A DNA stretch of 64,000 nucleotides. Source: an uncultured Candidatus Saccharibacteria bacterium. GTDB taxonomy: Bacteria; Patescibacteriota; Minisyncoccia; Phycocordibacterales; CAIZLB01. Position 1 is the first letter of the stretch, and each line of letters begins with the position of its first letter. Made by a program: the position numbers and the translations under genes. Below are positions 1 to 9,343 of this stretch, one piece after another. Below the pieces are notes generated by a model, which ran no database searches, was not told where the DNA came from, and saw only the letters and a program-made list of their open reading frames with translations. The DNA lies in contig CAYVEK010000002.1 of the NCBI GenBank assembly GCA_964450605.1, forward strand, positions 14,384 to 78,383, written 5' to 3'.

Positions 1-226
1 CTTCTTCTTGAACTATCCGGATTTTCCGGATAGTTGAAATATCTTTTAATTCTTCGGTTTCATAGATATTTTGAATATGATCGTTAATAGTACGAACATC
101 TACTGCAAAAAGGTCAGCCATCTTACGCTGTGTCAACCACACGGTTTCATCTTGAATAAGCACATCAATCTTGATAGTGCCCTCAGGTGAGGTATAAAAA
201 ACAAATTGTTTAATTTCTTTATTCAT
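1..226 (-). CDS. RhuM-family (virulence-protein RhuM / Fic-DOC associated) protein, N-terminal part; 3' end lies beyond window start
   Basis: Reverse-complement translation from ATG at 226: MNKEIKQFVFYTSPEGTIKIDVLIQDETVWLTQRKMADLFAVDVRTINDHIQNIYETEEL... matches the conserved RhuM N-terminus. Absent from the ORF track because no stop lies within the window. Sits immediately downstream of hsdM, as is common in type I R-M loci. Confidence 0.6.
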   Translation of the reverse strand, partial: MNKEIKQFVFYTSPEGTIKIDVLIQDETVWLTQRKMADLFAVDVRTINDHIQNIYETEELKDISTIRKIRIVQEE

Positions 227-232
227 ACTATT

Positions 233-1930
233 TTAATAATTAAGTTCATCTAAATACTTTTCAACCAAAGCATCTGCTTTTAATAAATCTTTTTTAAGTA
301 AAGCAATCTCTGCTCTTACTTTTTTTATATCAATAACTTCATCTTCTTCATAAGAATCAATATACTCTCGGATATTGAGATTAAAGTCTTTCTCCTCAAT
401 ATCTTTCAGCACCACAACACGTGCGTATTTATCAACATCTTTATATTCATCAAATGTTTTTACAATCTTATTTATATCAGCAGGTCGTAGAGTATTTTGA
501 TTTTTACCTTCTTGAAAATCTTTCTCAGCATCAATAATCAAAACCTTATTTTTCTTATCAGGAGCCTTGTTTTTGTTAAGGATAACTACTACAGCAGGAA
601 TACCTGTTCCGTAGAATAGTTTTGATGGTAAGGCAATAATTGACTCAACAAGATCGTTTTTAAGTATCTGTTCACGGATTCTTGCTTCAGCATTACCTCG
701 AGTTAAGACACCATGTGGCAATACGATACCTGCACGACCATTGGTGTTCATTGATTTGATTATATGAAGCACGAAAGCATAGTCGGCATTTTTCTTAGGT
801 GGAATATCATATCCTTCCAAGCGACCAAACTTATTCTTGAATGCCTCCCATTCATAATCTTTGATTGAGTAAGGAGGATTGGCTACTACTATATCAAATG
901 TTTGAAGACCTCCTTGTTGATTAAGAAATTGTGGGTGTGCCAATGTATCACCTTTTCGAATATCAGCACTATCAAGTCCATGTAGAAACATGTTAATTTT
1001 TGCAATCGCAAAAGTAGCAAGGTTTTGTTCTTGCCCATACAAGTACAAGGTCTTAGCAATTTTCTCGCCAGATTTTTGCTTAAGATAATCATAAGCCTCA
1101 AGAAGAAAACCTCCAGACCCCGCCGTTGGGTCATAGATATGATCTTTCTGATGAGGCTTCAAAATACCCATTATCACTTTTTCAACTTCACGAGGTGTGT
1201 AGAACTCTCCACCTTTCTTACCCGCATCCGCTGCGAACTGTTTGATCAGGTATTCATATGCGTCACCAAGTAGATCAGAGCTGATGTAAGTATTGCCAAA
1301 GTTATATTGAGAAAAGTGGTTGATCAGTCGCTGAAGTGTTTCGTTTGGAAAACGGTCTTTGTTTGCAAAGTCTAGGTCATCAAAAATTTTATCTAGTTTC
1401 GGACTGTTTGCATTGGTTAATTTATCAAAAATATCATTGAGTTTTTGTCCGATGTTTTCTGCCTGCTCTGTAATTTTTACCCATCGACAATCTTTAGGAA
1501 CTTGGAAACGGTGATTATAATCTGCACGAGCAATATCTTTATCATCGTACTCTTTCATCACAGCGTTGAATTCTTCATCCCAAACATCACTCATTCGCTT
1601 ATAGAATAAAAGACCAAAGATGTATTTTTTATAATCAGAACTATCAATTTTCCCTCGAAGAATGTCGGCACTTTTCCATAAAAAATTTTCCAGTTGAGCC
1701 AGTGTTAATGTACCAGATTCTTTTTTAAAATCTTTATTTAAATCAGTAAAAGGAGTTGCTAATCCTTTTTTAACAACCTCGCTTAACATTTCCTCTGTAT
1801 ATTTTCTGTCCTGTCTTTTTCCCACTCGCAGAGGTTTAATTATACCCTCTTCCTCCCAGTTACGAAGAGTATCCTCATGTACATTGAGGATTTCAGCAGC
1901 TTGTTTAATTGAATAAGTTTTTATTGACAC
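233..1930 (-). CDS. hsdM: Type I restriction-modification N6-adenine DNA methyltransferase subunit M, with an extra N-terminal HTH (MerR/excisionase HTH_17-like) domain
   Basis: 565 aa. HsdM_N motif LAQLENFLWKSADILRG, AdoMet pocket DPTAGSGGFL, catalytic NPPY (VVANPPYS). Residues ~5-50 (SIKQAAEILNVHEDTLRNWEEEGIIKPLRVGKRQDRKY) look like an HTH_17 DNA-binding domain. Confidence 0.9.
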   Translation of the reverse strand: MSIKTYSIKQAAEILNVHEDTLRNWEEEGIIKPLRVGKRQDRKYTEEMLSEVVKKGLATPFTDLNKDFKKESGTLTLAQLENFLWKSADILRGKIDSSDYKKYIFGLLFYKRMSDVWDEEFNAVMKEYDDKDIARADYNHRFQVPKDCRWVKITEQAENIGQKLNDIFDKLTNANSPKLDKIFDDLDFANKDRFPNETLQRLINHFSQYNFGNTYISSDLLGDAYEYLIKQFAADAGKKGGEFYTPREVEKVIMGILKPHQKDHIYDPTAGSGGFLLEAYDYLKQKSGEKIAKTLYLYGQEQNLATFAIAKINMFLHGLDSADIRKGDTLAHPQFLNQQGGLQTFDIVVANPPYSIKDYEWEAFKNKFGRLEGYDIPPKKNADYAFVLHIIKSMNTNGRAGIVLPHGVLTRGNAEARIREQILKNDLVESIIALPSKLFYGTGIPAVVVILNKNKAPDKKNKVLIIDAEKDFQEGKNQNTLRPADINKIVKTFDEYKDVDKYARVVVLKDIEEKDFNLNIREYIDSYEEDEVIDIKKVRAEIALLKKDLLKADALVEKYLDELNY

Positions 1931-1998
1931 ATCTATATTATAACCATATACATATACTATTGCAAGTATTTTTATATAATTTCATACCTTTTCCTAGG

Positions 1999-2343
1999 TT
2001 ATATGTTATTTAGACCAAAACCTACCCCAACCCCCACCACCCCAAACCCCTCCTCATCCTCCTTCGTATAGTACTTATACATATCCACCCATTCATCCGC
2101 ACTCTCACTCCCATACACCACAGGATCATACGCCAAAAATAGCTCCTTAAACGTCTTAAACACATCCAAACGGACCACTTCAGTTTCTACACTCTGCGAT
2201 TCGTCATCGACATGTATAAATATAATCCTATCTCCCACTTTCAATAACCTTCGTTTCTCATCATATAAACGAATCTCTACTGTCTTTGTACCTTGTTGTA
2301 TTTGTGCAAAAGGTTTTGGGTTGAGTTTCATCTTATATACCAT
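1999..2343 (-). CDS. ASCH (PUA-like) domain protein
   Basis: 114 aa. Start MKLNPKPFAQIQQGTKTVEIRLYD fits the ASCH pattern (K-x-x-F-x-x-I-x-x-G-x-K-T-x-E-x-R). Small beta-barrel size. Confidence 0.5.
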   Translation of the reverse strand: MVYKMKLNPKPFAQIQQGTKTVEIRLYDEKRRLLKVGDRIIFIHVDDESQSVETEVVRLDVFKTFKELFLAYDPVVYGSESADEWVDMYKYYTKEDEEGFGVVGVGVGFGLNNI

Positions 2344-2347
2344 GGTT

Positions 2348-2818
2348 TTACAAAAAATATTTCCTTAAATCTTCCGCATACGGAACCCTTTCAGAAGGAT
2401 CGGCGACATATGTACCACCATCAGCTAAAACTTTTTTCAAGTTATCACCAGTAAATCTCGGAACTATATGCATGTGATAATGAAAAGCATGTTGTCCTGA
2501 TGCAGGCTCATTATTTTGTTCAATCCACACTCCATCACACGCTCGAACTACCTTAAGTGCACCAGCTATCTTTTGCGCAGTCTCCATAATAGCGTGCATG
2601 TATTCTTTGGGGAGTTCGTATATATTTTCAAAATGAGCAGTTGGAACAACTATTACATGACCAGGATTACTTTTGATAAATTTTGAATTTACAAAAGCTA
2701 AAGTATATTGATCTCTATATACAATATCGGCCTGTTTTGCCATATTTGATTCGTTTTCTACACCATTAATAGTCAAACAAATCGGGCAATTATAATTTTC
2801 CGGAGCGTGATTATACAT
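2348..2818 (-). CDS. HIT-family (histidine triad) nucleotide hydrolase
   Basis: 156 aa. CPIC zinc motif, HVIVVPTAH, and histidine triad HYHMHIVPR. Confidence 0.75.
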   Translation of the reverse strand: MYNHAPENYNCPICLTINGVENESNMAKQADIVYRDQYTLAFVNSKFIKSNPGHVIVVPTAHFENIYELPKEYMHAIMETAQKIAGALKVVRACDGVWIEQNNEPASGQHAFHYHMHIVPRFTGDNLKKVLADGGTYVADPSERVPYAEDLRKYFL

Positions 2819-2842
2819 AAGGTTAGAGTAACACAGGAAACC

Positions 2843-3481
2843 CTACACCTCCACCCCATCACCCCCAACAACCATCCACTTCACTCCAGCCTCACCCAAC
2901 ACCTTTTCTGGAGCTTTATGAACCGACCCGATTCTCCCCTCAACCAACATCCCGTCATGCACAGGGAAAGCAACGCGTGGTTTTACTGCGAGCGCATATC
3001 GAACAGCATCACGTATGCGACACCACGGACCTGCTACAGGCAGTGCTAGAACATCTACTGTTTTATCAGGTATACAAAATGAATCACCTGGATAAAAAAG
3101 TTTGTTATCTATAAAGTATCCTGTGTTTTGTACTTGTCCCATCTCTTCAAATATCTCTTCATGTTTTCCATCATATGCTTCAAACAATACTTCCTGTATG
3201 AGAGTATTTGATCTTCCTTCAACAACTATATATGGAACATGTATTCCATCTAAAACCTTACCAACACCTGTATTTGTTACAACTAAAGCTTTTGGATTAT
3301 GTTTTAACACTTCTTTCAATGAATCTGTATGTAAATGATCTTGGTGTTCATGTGTTATCAATACAACATCGATACCTGTTACTGTATTTTGTGCAGTAGA
3401 AAAGTTTCCTGGATCAGTGAGAATAGTCAGACCTTTGGTTTGTATCAACAAACAGCAGTGTCCAAGTTTTTTGATGTTCAT
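2843..3481 (-). CDS. MBL-fold metallo-hydrolase
   Basis: 212 aa. Metallo-beta-lactamase motif LITHEHQDH (HxHxDH) and a downstream His/Asp pattern. Confidence 0.7.
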   Translation of the reverse strand: MNIKKLGHCCLLIQTKGLTILTDPGNFSTAQNTVTGIDVVLITHEHQDHLHTDSLKEVLKHNPKALVVTNTGVGKVLDGIHVPYIVVEGRSNTLIQEVLFEAYDGKHEEIFEEMGQVQNTGYFIDNKLFYPGDSFCIPDKTVDVLALPVAGPWCRIRDAVRYALAVKPRVAFPVHDGMLVEGRIGSVHKAPEKVLGEAGVKWMVVGGDGVEV

Positions 3482-3599
3482 AGGGTTAGTATAGCATTAA
3501 TAGAAATTTGACAAATATATATTTTTAAATACAATTCTTTATTGTAGAGAGGTTGCCTCTCTTGCCGAAAGGCCTCGATAGCTCTGGTTAATGCCGGAG

Positions 3600-3992
3600 C
3601 TATTGTATTTTATACAGTGAATAAAATATTGATTTTAAATTTAAATATTGATCCATATCTAATATATATCTCCTTCGAATAAGTCTTCTCTTATCGAACA
3701 GTTTTATTTGATACATTAAAACACTGTGGAGTTTTTCATCTTGAGTTTTGATAATTTCAGAGTATCTTCTTCTTTTTAATTTAGATGTAATAGGAGCACC
3801 AATGAAACTCTCTGAATCATCCGCATTTAATACCAAAACAGGTCTTACATACTCAGTTCCTTTTCCATAAATCTCACTACCAACATTCATACCAACTCGA
3901 ACATACCAAATTTCTCCAATTTTTGGATGAGGATACTTTTTAAATTGATCTATTCTCTTTTTTTCTTTATTCCAAGAATCAAAATCTTTCAC
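3600..3992 (-). CDS. PemK/MazF-like type II toxin (mRNA interferase fold), apparently without a cognate antitoxin gene
   Basis: 130 aa. GEIWYVRVGMNVGSEIYGKGTEYVRPVLVLN...GAPITSKLK matches the MazF/PemK core (GxIWxVDF...RPxLVLS...PITS). No small upstream partner ORF is seen. Confidence 0.45.
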   Translation of the reverse strand: MKDFDSWNKEKKRIDQFKKYPHPKIGEIWYVRVGMNVGSEIYGKGTEYVRPVLVLNADDSESFIGAPITSKLKRRRYSEIIKTQDEKLHSVLMYQIKLFDKRRLIRRRYILDMDQYLNLKSIFYSLYKIQ

Positions 3993-4050
3993 GTTATAGA
4001 TATTATCATTTACATGTTCAAGAAAATCTTAAAAATAGATAAAGAAATTT

Positions 4051-4092
4051 AAAAAAACAAAAACCCACCACCTTTTACAGCAATGGGTTTTT
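4051..4092 (-). terminator. Rho-independent terminator downstream of secF
   Basis: Minus-strand hairpin aaaccca(N16)tgggttt followed by TTTTGTTTTTTT, about 20 nt after the secF stop. Confidence 0.6.
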
Positions 4093-4112
4093 ATATAAAA
4101 CTTTTTCAAAAA

Positions 4113-5012
4113 CTACTTCGTCTTCTTCCCTGCCATAGTTACCAGCAACGCTGAACCGATGAAAATAGAAGAATACGTTCCGGCGATAATACCTACAATA
4201 AGCACAAGTGAGAAGTTTCGTGTTGTCTCAGGGCCCCAGATGTATACCGCGATAAGTGCAAGTATAGTTGTAAGCGAAGTGTTCACAGATCGTATAAATG
4301 TCTCAGACACTGACTTTCCAACTACCTGCTCAAATGTATTTCCTTTATTTGCATCCAGCCGAAGATTTTCTCGAACTCGGTCAAACACCACGATAGTATC
4401 GTGTATGGAGAATCCAAGAACAACAAGAAGAGCTGTCACGAACAATGCATCAACTTCATATCCACCAAAGAAATGACCCATGATAGCGAAGAATCCTGTT
4501 GGAATAATCACATCGTGGAAAAGCGCAACGATAGCAGCGAAACCATATTTCCATGAAGATACTGGTCGTGACACTTGTCTAAATGCAAATGCGATAAACA
4601 GAACAATAGCAACCAAAACAAGAACGATAGATGTAACTGATTTTTTCTTAAGCTCATCTCCAAGTGATGGACCGATAGTATCCATACGTGCGATCTCATA
4701 TGTTGGAAGTACTTGTGTTAGTTTTGCTTTTACAGATGCTTGCGCTGTTGCATCAAGCTCTTTTGCGTTGATCAAGAAACCTTTTTCGCCATATGATCGA
4801 ACTACTGTCTCTGGAAATGTATTTTCCAGTATAACTTTTACATCCTCAAGTGATGTAACTGTAGATGATGCAAGTGGTTGTACTTCGATCGCAGTTCCTC
4901 CACTAAAATCAATACCGTAATTCATGCCCCATTTTGCAAGTGCAAAAATAGATGTTGCAAATAAGATAACTGAGAATATGTAGAATACGATTCTATTTTT
5001 GATGATAAACAT
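4113..5012 (-). CDS. secF: Protein translocase subunit SecF
   Basis: 299 aa, 6-TM SecF topology. Motifs GIDFSGGT and conserved C-terminal TM bundle. Adjacent to secD. Confidence 0.85.
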   Translation of the reverse strand: MFIIKNRIVFYIFSVILFATSIFALAKWGMNYGIDFSGGTAIEVQPLASSTVTSLEDVKVILENTFPETVVRSYGEKGFLINAKELDATAQASVKAKLTQVLPTYEIARMDTIGPSLGDELKKKSVTSIVLVLVAIVLFIAFAFRQVSRPVSSWKYGFAAIVALFHDVIIPTGFFAIMGHFFGGYEVDALFVTALLVVLGFSIHDTIVVFDRVRENLRLDANKGNTFEQVVGKSVSETFIRSVNTSLTTILALIAVYIWGPETTRNFSLVLIVGIIAGTYSSIFIGSALLVTMAGKKTK

Positions 5013-5021
5013 ATATTTTCT

Positions 5022-6275
5022 TTATTTGTTTTTAGATATTGCTAATAGTAGTGTTCGAGATATAGATACCGCGGTAAACATAGAGATAGCTACACCGATC
5101 AAGAACACAAGAGCAAAACCTTTGATCATAGGAGATGCTGCAAATGAGTACAAGATGACTGCTGTGATCATACTTGAGATGTTACTGTCTCGTATAGACG
5201 GCCATGCTCGAGCAAAACCATCATGTAATGCCTGCATTCGTGTCTTACCTTTTTTAAGTTCCTCTCGCATTCGCTCGAAGATAAGAATGTTTCCATCAAC
5301 AGCCATACCGATAGAGATGATGAACGCTGCGAGTCCTGCTGATGTCATCACGATACCACCCATCTTAAACACGATTAGGTTAAGTATAGTGTAGATAGCA
5401 AGAGCAATAGCCGCTACAAGACCTCGAACTCGATACCAAAGTATCAAGAACAGCGCAACGATGATAAATCCATACACTCCCGCATTCATACTTGCTTTAA
5501 GAGCATCAGCTCCAAGTGAAGCTCCGATAGTTTGTGTACCAATAAGTTCTATAGGAACAGGAAGAGCTCCGTATTTTAGATTCCGAACTAGATCTGTAGC
5601 TTTTTTGATACTGTACTGTCCAGTAATCTGTGCTCGACCACCAATAATCTCACTTTGAATAGTTGGCGCTGAGATAACTTGACCATCAAGAACGATGGCA
5701 AGCTGTGTGCCAATGTTTTCTTTTGTGATTTTTGCAAATAGATCTGCACCTTCTGAATTAAATACAAGACCAATCATAGGACGACCTGTCTGTCCGTCAT
5801 ATTCAACTTGCGCAGTTGTGATAAATCGTCCAGTAAGACCTGTGTATTCAAGTTTTGTTTGAGGCGTTGCAGAAGCAGTTGATGTTGCAATAACCTGTTG
5901 TAACAGAGCAAACTCAAGTACCGGTGTTTGACCGATAAGGTTTATAGCTTTCTGTGTATTTTTTACACCTGGAAGCTCAACGATCAATTTATTAACCTCT
6001 TGACCATTTAGAGTTGTCTTTTCTGTCTGTACAATAGGCTCTGAAACTCCAAAAGCGTTTACTCGTGCTTCGATAACATTTTTAAGAGTTGCCATAGCTC
6101 CTCCGATATCAGCAGCTGGTAGTTTAGAAGTATCAGCCTTATATACAAGGTGTATACCTCCGTTTAAATCCAAACCAAGTTTGAAAGGTTTTGAATTTTG
6201 TGTGTTTTTAAGATATAGGGCCAAAAGTCCGGATATAACCAGAATAATAATCGCCCAAAGTCGTGTTCTTGTCAT
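5022..6275 (-). CDS. secD: Protein translocase subunit SecD
   Basis: 417 aa. N-terminal TM, periplasmic domain, C-terminal SecD/SecF TM bundle (LGLDLNGG, GGIVMT..GLAAFIISIGMAVDGNILIFER). Confidence 0.85.
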   Translation of the reverse strand: MTRTRLWAIIILVISGLLALYLKNTQNSKPFKLGLDLNGGIHLVYKADTSKLPAADIGGAMATLKNVIEARVNAFGVSEPIVQTEKTTLNGQEVNKLIVELPGVKNTQKAINLIGQTPVLEFALLQQVIATSTASATPQTKLEYTGLTGRFITTAQVEYDGQTGRPMIGLVFNSEGADLFAKITKENIGTQLAIVLDGQVISAPTIQSEIIGGRAQITGQYSIKKATDLVRNLKYGALPVPIELIGTQTIGASLGADALKASMNAGVYGFIIVALFLILWYRVRGLVAAIALAIYTILNLIVFKMGGIVMTSAGLAAFIISIGMAVDGNILIFERMREELKKGKTRMQALHDGFARAWPSIRDSNISSMITAVILYSFAASPMIKGFALVFLIGVAISMFTAVSISRTLLLAISKNK

Positions 6276-6304
6276 AAGGGCTATTATACATATTTTGACC
6301 CGTA

Positions 6305-6811
6305 TTGGTAGACCCCCACCGAAAAGCTATGATACAATATATACATATGATATCTCTATTTTTTGTGTACATTATTCACCATGTAGCCCTTGTATTTGGA
6401 TTAGCGAGTTCTCTGGTGATTGATATTTTTATGATAGTTGTTGAAAAATATAAAAAGATACGTGCTTTAGAGAAAGGTATAGTAAATCGAGTACTATCTT
6501 TTGCATTCATAAGTGCCATCCTAGTTTTCTTGATTGAAATAGCTCACCTATTTCTGATCTTTATAACAGATGTTGGAGGTGTATACGAAACACAAGTGTA
6601 TGTAAGGAACATGATCACTACAACACTCTCTGGACTTTTAGTATTTTCTATTGCAACACAAAAATATTATCACATCAAAACTTTGTACAGATATCAAGAA
6701 CAGCACCATCACCTTTCAGATTCATTCATAAAACACCATAAAGAGATACTAAATACAGCCGTTCTCTGCCTCCTACTGTGGATATCTTTGTATATGTGTT
6801 ACGTACTATAG
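6305..6811 (+). CDS. Hypothetical 4-TM membrane protein (true start probably internal, near MISLFF)
   Basis: 168 aa hydrophobic ORF between secD and dnaB. No recognisable motif. Confidence 0.4.
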   Translation: MVDPHRKAMIQYIHMISLFFVYIIHHVALVFGLASSLVIDIFMIVVEKYKKIRALEKGIVNRVLSFAFISAILVFLIEIAHLFLIFITDVGGVYETQVYVRNMITTTLSGLLVFSIATQKYYHIKTLYRYQEQHHHLSDSFIKHHKEILNTAVLCLLLWISLYMCYVL

Positions 6812-6854
6812 GTTTAGGCTGTTAGAACTTGCTCAAAGGGTGTAAAATAGTCCC

Positions 6855-8270
6855 ATGCAAACACAATCAAATTTTAAGGCAAAGTCAGCGCCAAAAACTG
6901 GAGATGCTTTTAATTTGAAATTGCCTCCATATAGTATAGAAGCTGAACAGGCCGTTCTTGGGTCTATCATGATACGTCCTGATGCGTATGCTGAGATCAG
7001 TGACATTATTGATGAGGATTGTTTTTATAGTGAGAAACATAAACAGATATTCAAAGGTGTTTCTGACCTACTTGCCAAAGGCAACCCTGTAGACTTCCTT
7101 TCTCTTAAAACAATACTTGATGAAATGGGTGTTTTGGAACAAGTTGGCGGTGCTCACTACCTAGCCGAACTAGTACACGTTGTTCCTTCTGCAAGTAACA
7201 TCGAGTACTATGCTCGTATACTTGAGAAAAAGCTAATGATGCGAAAATTGATACACGCGTCAGAAAATATTTCTCATCTTGGATATAACGAGATCGGTGA
7301 TCTTGAAAAGATTTTAGATGACGCAGAAAAAGAGATATTTTCTATCACTCAGAAGAAAACTAAAAGCACTATCACTGATATCAAAACAGGACTTATCGCA
7401 GCTTGGGACCAGATCGACAAAATACATAACAGCGATCAAGAGCTTCGTGGTGTTCCTACAGGTTTTAGAGATATAGACAACAAGCTTTCAGGATTACAGA
7501 AGTCTGATCTTATCATCCTCGCTGCTCGACCATCTGTTGGTAAAACTACTCTCGCACTCGATATCGCCCGAAACGCGGCAGTAAATCATAACGTTCCCGT
7601 GCTTATATTTTCTCTTGAGATGAGTGCTCAGCAACTTCTCTATCGTATGATCTCATCTCATTCACGAGTTGATTCATGGAAACTACGAACCGGAAAACTT
7701 AACCTCAACAACTCCGAAGAATACGACCGACTACAACACGGTATCGGCGAACTTTCTCGCGCGCCTATTTTTATCGATGATCAGGCCGGAACAAACATCA
7801 TCAAGATGCGAAGTACAGCACGGCGTATCAAAGCCGAAAAAGGACTTGGTCTTATTATGGTCGACTACCTACAACTTATGTCACCTACTCAGAGCCGAAA
7901 TAGTGACAATGTAGTACAACAGATGACAGAAATATCTCGATCTCTGAAACACTTAGCTCGAGAACTCGATGTTCCTGTTCTTGCCCTGTCACAGCTTTCT
8001 CGTGCCGTTGAGCAACGACAAGGAAAACCTCGTTTGTCTGACCTTCGAGACTCTGGATCTATCGAGCAGGATGCGGATATCGTTATGTTTATTCACCGAG
8101 AGGACCGCTACAAAGATCATGCCGAGCGAGATAACTTAGTTGAAGTACTTATAGAAAAACACCGAAACGGACCAACTGGAAGTGTACGTATGAAATTTGA
8201 CGACAAACATGGATGCTTTGTTACTCTTGAAAAAGGAGAGTACGGCGATTTCGAAGATCATTTTGCCTAA
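6855..8270 (+). CDS. dnaB: Replicative DNA helicase DnaB
   Basis: 471 aa. N-terminal DnaB domain (PYSIEAEQAVLGS), Walker A ARPSVGKTT, Walker B LIMVDYLQLM, and SQLSR motif. Confidence 0.9.
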   Translation: MQTQSNFKAKSAPKTGDAFNLKLPPYSIEAEQAVLGSIMIRPDAYAEISDIIDEDCFYSEKHKQIFKGVSDLLAKGNPVDFLSLKTILDEMGVLEQVGGAHYLAELVHVVPSASNIEYYARILEKKLMMRKLIHASENISHLGYNEIGDLEKILDDAEKEIFSITQKKTKSTITDIKTGLIAAWDQIDKIHNSDQELRGVPTGFRDIDNKLSGLQKSDLIILAARPSVGKTTLALDIARNAAVNHNVPVLIFSLEMSAQQLLYRMISSHSRVDSWKLRTGKLNLNNSEEYDRLQHGIGELSRAPIFIDDQAGTNIIKMRSTARRIKAEKGLGLIMVDYLQLMSPTQSRNSDNVVQQMTEISRSLKHLARELDVPVLALSQLSRAVEQRQGKPRLSDLRDSGSIEQDADIVMFIHREDRYKDHAERDNLVEVLIEKHRNGPTGSVRMKFDDKHGCFVTLEKGEYGDFEDHFA

Positions 8271-8276
8271 TACTTT

Positions 8277-8888
8277 ATGGACAACCTCCTTGAATTATTT
8301 AAAAAATTTCCCGGCATAGGAGCGCGACAAGCCAAACGCTTTGTGTCTTTTGTCATGCACGCCTCTCCTACCTATCGAAAAGAACTCATCGCAGCGCTCA
8401 CAGCAACTCATGCTCAAGTGCAGAGCTGTTCACAGTGTCATAAAAAATACATTCATCAAGGAAGTCTTCAGGGTGATCCTGTATGTTCTGTATGTCGAAA
8501 AGCTGGTCGTGATAACGGTCTTCTGGTTGTTGTAGCGCACGATGCTGATGTGGATGTATTCGAAAACTCACTTTCCTTCAATGGACAGTACTACGTGCTC
8601 GGACGATACATACCGCTCTTTGCTGAGCGTATAGAAGAATATGTTCATCTAAATCTACTCAATGCTCGTATCGACAAGCTGTTAACTGAAGGCTTACAAG
8701 AAGTTATCTTTGCTACAAACGCAACAGCTGACGGAGATTATACAGCCAAGATACTTCGTGAATATATTCAAAAGATGTATGGTGATAAGTTAAAAACTTC
8801 AACTCTTGGTCGAGGTTTGGCTACTGGTGGTGAGTTGGAATACGCCGATCAAGAAACACTTCGTGAGGCGATGAGGTTTAGGAGGTAG
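8277..8888 (+). CDS. recR: Recombination protein RecR
   Basis: 203 aa. HhH N-terminus, C4 zinc finger (CSQCHKK...CSVCRK), and Toprim region. Confidence 0.9.
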   Translation: MDNLLELFKKFPGIGARQAKRFVSFVMHASPTYRKELIAALTATHAQVQSCSQCHKKYIHQGSLQGDPVCSVCRKAGRDNGLLVVVAHDADVDVFENSLSFNGQYYVLGRYIPLFAERIEEYVHLNLLNARIDKLLTEGLQEVIFATNATADGDYTAKILREYIQKMYGDKLKTSTLGRGLATGGELEYADQETLREAMRFRR

Positions 8889-8900
8889 GTTTGCATAAAG

Positions 8901-8931
8901 AAAAAACTCACAGTTGTTGTGAGTTTTTTCT
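8901..8931. terminator. Bidirectional intrinsic terminator between recR (+) and rplU (-)
   Basis: aaaaaactcacag-ttgt-tgtgagttttttc: a perfect 8-bp stem flanked by A-run and T-run. Confidence 0.6.
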
Positions 8932-8938
8932 TTAGTGA

Positions 8939-9295
8939 TTATTTTACACTTTCTATCTTTATTGCGAAGAATGGCTGTCGATGACCGTTCTTTACGAAAT
9001 ATTTACTTTTTTGTTTGAATTTACCTACTACGATCTTTTTTCCTCGTCCGATCTCAGCGATAGTTGCTGTAACTTTTGCGCCAGAGATATACGGAGCTCC
9101 AACTACGATAGATGATCCATCATCTGTAAGAAGTACAGAATCAAAAGTTACTGTATCACCTACTTTGTGTTCACCTAGTAGTTTTTCTACCTTTAGAGTC
9201 TCTCCAGCTCGAACTCGATACTGTTTTCCACCAGTCTTAAAGACAGCCTGAGGACCTGTAGGAGCGGTTTTTGTTGTTTTAGCGGTATTAGCCAT
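8939..9295 (-). CDS. rplU: 50S ribosomal protein bL21
   Basis: 118 aa. FKTGGKQYRVRAGETLKVEKL...GRGKKIVVGKFKQKSKYFVKNGHRQPF matches the bL21 core, with a short N-terminal extension. Confidence 0.8.
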   Translation of the reverse strand: MANTAKTTKTAPTGPQAVFKTGGKQYRVRAGETLKVEKLLGEHKVGDTVTFDSVLLTDDGSSIVVGAPYISGAKVTATIAEIGRGKKIVVGKFKQKSKYFVKNGHRQPFFAIKIESVK

Positions 9296-9343
9296 ATGTT
9301 CTTTGGATTATATACTATTTTACCTATTTTTGCAATAAGGGTC

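Noticed and set aside
889-1273. Small ORFs overlapping hsdM (889..1134 -, 1025..1273 +)
   Set aside because: They are out-of-frame or antisense to a well-supported 565-aa HsdM with conserved motifs and have no independent signals. The many short overlapping ORFs inside uvrA, rpoB, rpoC, secA and other long genes are rejected for the same reason.
3482-3599. Possible tRNA in the structured intergenic region
   Set aside because: There is no GTTCRANYC T-loop, the stems are 5-6 bp where a D-arm should be, and no acceptor-stem or CCA geometry is present. It is kept only as a generic structured element.
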